Shown: piece by piece, positions 60,442 through 64,000 of the stretch
How positions within the stretch are numbered: the stretch's first letter is position 1
Layout of the letters: every line of letters starts with the position of its first letter
Assembly: GCA_049598335.1 (NCBI GenBank)
Contig: JBMYNN010000001.1
Location: 16,083-80,082 of the forward strand
Direction: 5' to 3'
Source: Flavobacteriaceae bacterium
GTDB taxonomy: Bacteria; Bacteroidota; Bacteroidia; Flavobacteriales; Flavobacteriaceae
Length of the DNA: 64,000 bases
Position numbers and translations under genes: made by a program
Notes under the pieces: model-generated
Database searches by the model: none
What the model was told of the DNA's origin: nothing
What the model saw: the letters and a program-made list of their open reading frames with translations, nothing else

Positions 60442-61395
60442 TTGAACGAAATTGAAATTGAATTAAGCGAAGTCAACCCACAAGACTTTTTTGGGGAACA
60501 GAACAAAACAATAGAACAGTTAAGAACCTATTTCCCTAAACTTAAAATTATTGCTAGAGGGAATAAGATCAAAGCGCTGGGAGAAGAAGAAATTTTAGAA
60601 GAATTTGAAAAGCGGGTAGATATGTTAGTCGCCCATTTTGGGAAGTTCAATAGTCTAGATATGACTACAATTGAATTGATTCTTTCCTCTGACGGGTCAA
60701 AAGATTATGAAGTCACTAATGAAAAAGATGCCTTTATCTTACATGGTATTGGTGGACGTATCATCAAAGCGAAAACACTTAACCAGCAAAAGCTTGTATT
60801 GCTCAGTAAGAAAAACGACATGCTTTTTGCGATTGGTCCTGCCGGGACGGGTAAAACGTATACCAGTGTTGCTTTGGCCGTTAAGGCCCTAAAAGAAAAG
60901 CAGGTTAAGCGTATTATATTAACACGACCTGCGGTAGAAGCAGGGGAGAACCTTGGGTTCCTTCCTGGGGATATGAAAGAGAAACTAGACCCTTATATGC
61001 AACCGCTATATGATGCTTTAAGGGACATGATCCCAGGCGAACGTTTAGCGGCTCACCTAGAAAAAGGAACCATACAAATTGCCCCTTTGGCCTTTATGCG
61101 CGGTAGAACATTAGATAACGCCTTTGTTATTCTAGATGAAGCTCAAAACACCACCCATGCGCAGATGAAGATGTTTTTAACCCGTATGGGGCCTAATGCA
61201 AAATTTATCATTACAGGGGATCCAGGACAAATTGACTTACCCCGAAGAGTGATCTCCGGATTAAAAGAAGCCCTTTTAATTTTGAAAGAAACCTCAGGAA
61301 TTGGAATTTTATACCTCGATGATCGTGATGTGATTCGTCACAGACTGGTCAAAAAAGTAATCGATGCATACAAGCATATAGAACACCAGAATTGA
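60442..61395 (+). CDS. phoH: PhoH-family ATPase
   Basis: 317 aa with Walker A (GPAGTGKTY) and Walker B (FVILDEAQN). The apparent start is TTG, because an in-frame TAA lies at 60421 and there is no ATG before codon 61. Confidence 0.88.
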   Translation: MNEIEIELSEVNPQDFFGEQNKTIEQLRTYFPKLKIIARGNKIKALGEEEILEEFEKRVDMLVAHFGKFNSLDMTTIELILSSDGSKDYEVTNEKDAFILHGIGGRIIKAKTLNQQKLVLLSKKNDMLFAIGPAGTGKTYTSVALAVKALKEKQVKRIILTRPAVEAGENLGFLPGDMKEKLDPYMQPLYDALRDMIPGERLAAHLEKGTIQIAPLAFMRGRTLDNAFVILDEAQNTTHAQMKMFLTRMGPNAKFIITGDPGQIDLPRRVISGLKEALLILKETSGIGILYLDDRDVIRHRLVKKVIDAYKHIEHQN

Positions 61396-62342
61396 TGAAT
61401 AGCCTTTTAGCCACTAATTTTACCCTTCCGGGGCAAATCCATAAATATACCGGGAAAGTACGTGAAGTCATTTCTCTTAAAAATGACCTTTTAGTCATGA
61501 TTGCTACAGACCGGCTCTCTGCTTTTGATGTAGTCATGCCAAAGGGAATACCCTATAAAGGACAGATTCTTAATCAAATTGCCACACAAATGTTAGAAGC
61601 GACAAAAGACATTGTTCCTAACTGGCTAGAGGCTACTCCAGATCCTTGTGTTTCTGTAGGGAAAAGATGTGAACCCTTTAAGGTTGAAATGGTAATTCGT
61701 GGCTATATGTCTGGTCATGCAGCTAGAGAGTACAAGCTGGGAAAACGATTATTATGTGGCGTTGAAATGCCAGATGGGATGAAAGAGAATGACGCTTTCC
61801 CTTCTCCGATAATCACCCCTGCTACCAAAGCAGAAGAAGGACATGATGAAGACATTTCTAGAGAAGAAATTATTCGTCATGGAATCGTCTCTGAAGCTGA
61901 CTATATTCAACTCGAAAAATATACCCGCGCCTTATTTCAAAGAGGAACTGAACTTGCTGCGCAAAAAGGATTGATTTTAGTAGATACCAAATATGAATTT
62001 GGAAAAACCGCAGAGGGAACCATTGTACTGATTGACGAAATACACACCCCAGATTCTTCCCGTTATTTTTATGCCGAAGGCTACAAAGAAAGACAAGCCG
62101 CAAACGAACCCCAAAAGCAACTGTCTAAAGAATTTGTCCGTCAATGGTTAATTTCAAATGGATTTCAGGGTCTTGAAGGCCAAACGGTCCCAGATATGTC
62201 TGATACTTACATAGAAGAAGTCTCTTCACGATACATTGAGTTGTATGAAAACATTACTGGAAAAGTATTTGACAAAGCAAATGTTGACCAAATTGAAGCA
62301 AGGATAGAGCAAAATATATTGCGATACCTTAAACAACGCTAA
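61392..62342 (+). CDS. purC: phosphoribosylaminoimidazole-succinocarboxamide (SAICAR) synthase
   Basis: 316 aa with [11 protein letters not shown] and [13 protein letters not shown] motifs. Its start overlaps the phoH stop by 4 nt. Confidence 0.92.
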   Translation: MMNSLLATNFTLPGQIHKYTGKVREVISLKNDLLVMIATDRLSAFDVVMPKGIPYKGQILNQIATQMLEATKDIVPNWLEATPDPCVSVGKRCEPFKVEMVIRGYMSGHAAREYKLGKRLLCGVEMPDGMKENDAFPSPIITPATKAEEGHDEDISREEIIRHGIVSEADYIQLEKYTRALFQRGTELAAQKGLILVDTKYEFGKTAEGTIVLIDEIHTPDSSRYFYAEGYKERQAANEPQKQLSKEFVRQWLISNGFQGLEGQTVPDMSDTYIEEVSSRYIELYENITGKVFDKANVDQIEARIEQNILRYLKQR

Positions 62343-62459
62343 AGCAGAAAAACTTTAGTACCAATCATTTAATAGTTTTCAACGACTATATGTTAATTTT
62401 TTTAGCCCTATTGATATAGCGCAAACTCTTTGAACCTTTTATATTAGCAGAACTGCACT

Positions 62460-64000
62460 ATGTCTAGCAAAACACAATATACCGAAGATAATATTCGCTC
62501 CCTCGATTGGAAAGAGCATATCCGTATGCGTCCTGGAATGTATATTGGGAAGCTGGGAGATGGGTCTTCTCCAGATGACGGGATCTATATCTTGATCAAA
62601 GAAGTCCTTGACAACTGTATTGATGAGTTTGTCATGGGAGCGGGGAAAACCATAGAAATTAAGATTGCAGAAAATTTAGTTTCAGTGCGAGATTATGGTC
62701 GTGGCATTCCTTTGGGGAAAGTAGTAGATGTTGTTTCTAAAATGAATACAGGCGGAAAATATGATTCCCGAGCATTTAAAAAATCTGTAGGACTTAATGG
62801 AGTAGGAACAAAAGCAGTTAACGCCTTATCTTCTTCATTCATTGTAGAATCCATTCGCGATGAGCAGTCTAAAAGTGCTTCTTTTGAATTTGGGTCTCTT
62901 GTAGAAGAAAGCGAATTAAAGCCCTCTAAATCTAGAAGAGGAACCAAAGTAAGTTTTGTTCCAGACGGAGCAATTTTTAAGCATTATAAATTTAGAGCAG
63001 AATACATCGTCAAGATGATTAAAAACTATGTTTATCTCAACCCGGGATTGACCATAGATTTTAATGGAGAAAAGTATTTTTCAGAAAATGGATTAAAAGA
63101 TCTTTTAGAAGATCAAATCAACGAAAACGATTTGCTTTATCCCATTATTCATTTAAAGGGAGATGATATAGAAATGGCGATGACCCATAGTAAATCTCAG
63201 TATAGTGAAGAGTATCACTCTTTTGTTAATGGTCAAAACACCACTCAAGGAGGAACACATCAAGCTGCTTTCCGCGAAGCTTATGTCAAAACCATAAGAG
63301 AGTTTTTTGGGAAGAGTTATGACGCTGCAGATATTCGAAAATCTATTATTGCAGCCATAAGCATTAAAGTGATGGAGCCTGTTTTTGAATCCCAAACAAA
63401 AACAAAATTAGGTTCTACAGATATGGGAGGAGATATGCCTACCGTTCGTTCCTATATCAATGAGTTTATGGGAACACAATTGGACAACTTCTTACATAAG
63501 AACCAAGAAGTTGCTTCAAGTATCCAGCGTAAAATATTACAGGCAGAAAAAGAGCGTAAAGAACTTTCGGGGATTAGAAAACTTGCTAGAGAACGCGCTA
63601 AAAAAGCCAGTTTACACAATAAAAAACTAAGGGATTGCAGAGTTCATCTAGGGGATCTCAAAAAAGACAGACGTCTTGAATCAACCTTATTCATTACAGA
63701 GGGAGATTCTGCGAGTGGATCGATTACTAAGTCCCGCGATGTGAATACACAGGCGGTATTTAGCCTTAGAGGGAAGCCCTTGAACACTTTTGGGATGACT
63801 AAAAAAATCGTTTATGAAAACGAAGAGTTTAACCTTTTACAAGCGGCCCTAAATATTGAAGACGGTCTAGAAGATTTGCGCTATAACAATATCGTTATTG
63901 CAACAGATGCAGATGTTGATGGTATGCATATTCGTTTGTTACTGATTACCTTTTTCTTGCAATTCTTTCCAGAATTAATCAAAGAAGGACACTTGTATAT
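62460..64000 (+). CDS. parE: type IIA DNA topoisomerase B subunit, ParE (topoisomerase IV)-like; 3' end lies beyond the window
   Basis: This open frame is absent from the track because no stop falls in the window. It reads [35 protein letters not shown]..., with the GHKL ATPase motif ([12 protein letters not shown]) and Toprim motifs ([23 protein letters not shown]). An in-frame TAG lies at 62445. The ParE versus GyrB call rests only on N-terminal resemblance. Confidence 0.85.
   Translation, partial: MSSKTQYTEDNIRSLDWKEHIRMRPGMYIGKLGDGSSPDDGIYILIKEVLDNCIDEFVMGAGKTIEIKIAENLVSVRDYGRGIPLGKVVDVVSKMNTGGKYDSRAFKKSVGLNGVGTKAVNALSSSFIVESIRDEQSKSASFEFGSLVEESELKPSKSRRGTKVSFVPDGAIFKHYKFRAEYIVKMIKNYVYLNPGLTIDFNGEKYFSENGLKDLLEDQINENDLLYPIIHLKGDDIEMAMTHSKSQYSEEYHSFVNGQNTTQGGTHQAAFREAYVKTIREFFGKSYDAADIRKSIIAAISIKVMEPVFESQTKTKLGSTDMGGDMPTVRSYINEFMGTQLDNFLHKNQEVASSIQRKILQAEKERKELSGIRKLARERAKKASLHNKKLRDCRVHLGDLKKDRRLESTLFITEGDSASGSITKSRDVNTQAVFSLRGKPLNTFGMTKKIVYENEEFNLLQAALNIEDGLEDLRYNNIVIATDADVDGMHIRLLLITFFLQFFPELIKEGHLY

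Noticed and set aside
62693-63395. Two reverse-strand ORFs (62693-62947, 63153-63395), the only track entries in the last 1.6 kb.
   Set aside because: The forward frame from 62460 to the window end is one uninterrupted type IIA topoisomerase B-subunit reading frame with GHKL and Toprim motifs. It is absent from the track only because it has no stop in the window. The reverse ORFs are its shadows.
1-64000. Scan for tRNA/rRNA genes, CRISPR repeats, IS elements, integrases, phage or defence modules, and long direct repeats.
   Set aside because: All intergenic gaps are under 340 bp, and none shows tRNA-like T-arm sequences, repeat-spacer periodicity or terminal inverted repeats. No ORF shows transposase, integrase, restriction or toxin-antitoxin hallmarks. 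A by-eye scan cannot exclude short dispersed repeats.

Overview
This window looks like compact, largely housekeeping chromosome from a Bacteroidota organism, probably Flavobacteriia. That call is inferred from the gliding-motility genes gldF/gldG, a CarboxypepD-type TonB-dependent receptor, a ParE-type topoisomerase N-terminus, A-rich rather than Shine-Dalgarno start contexts, and overall gene content. It carries about 55 protein genes at roughly 90 percent coding density. The main blocks are: an ilvD-ilvB-ilvN-ilvC-ilvA operon; a reverse-strand leuA-leuC-leuD-(second LeuA/CimA paralogue)-leuB operon; panB and dnaK; a nine-gene menaquinone cluster (thioesterase, menF, menD, menB, menA, menC, menE) with two non-pathway genes embedded; an acyl-CoA carboxyltransferase; ettA; an MscS channel; a flavin monooxygenase plus hydrolase pair; fumC; a TonB-dependent receptor; prfB; three peptidase/aldolase genes; a cystathionine-beta-synthase-like gene next to an AONS/SPT-family gene; dnaN; gldG and gldF; a DUF62 SAM-cleaving enzyme; phoH; purC; and the 5' part of a type IIA topoisomerase B subunit. 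I saw no rRNA, tRNA, CRISPR array, transposase, integrase, phage gene or recognisable defence or toxin-antitoxin module. I do not see convincing evidence for a wholly undescribed system. The points most worth a second look are: (1) the adjacent CBS-like and AONS-family genes, a candidate capnine/sulfonolipid capA-capB pair lying next to gliding genes; (2) the prfB +1 frameshift site with an internal AGGAGG, which the ORF track splits; (3) a DUF62-gldF-gldG(-dnaN) tightly coupled unit; (4) a translationally coupled FMO-hydrolase pair; (5) two LeuA-family paralogues in one leu operon; (6) a perfect palindrome upstream of dnaK. All functional calls come from motif recognition by eye, since no searches could be run.
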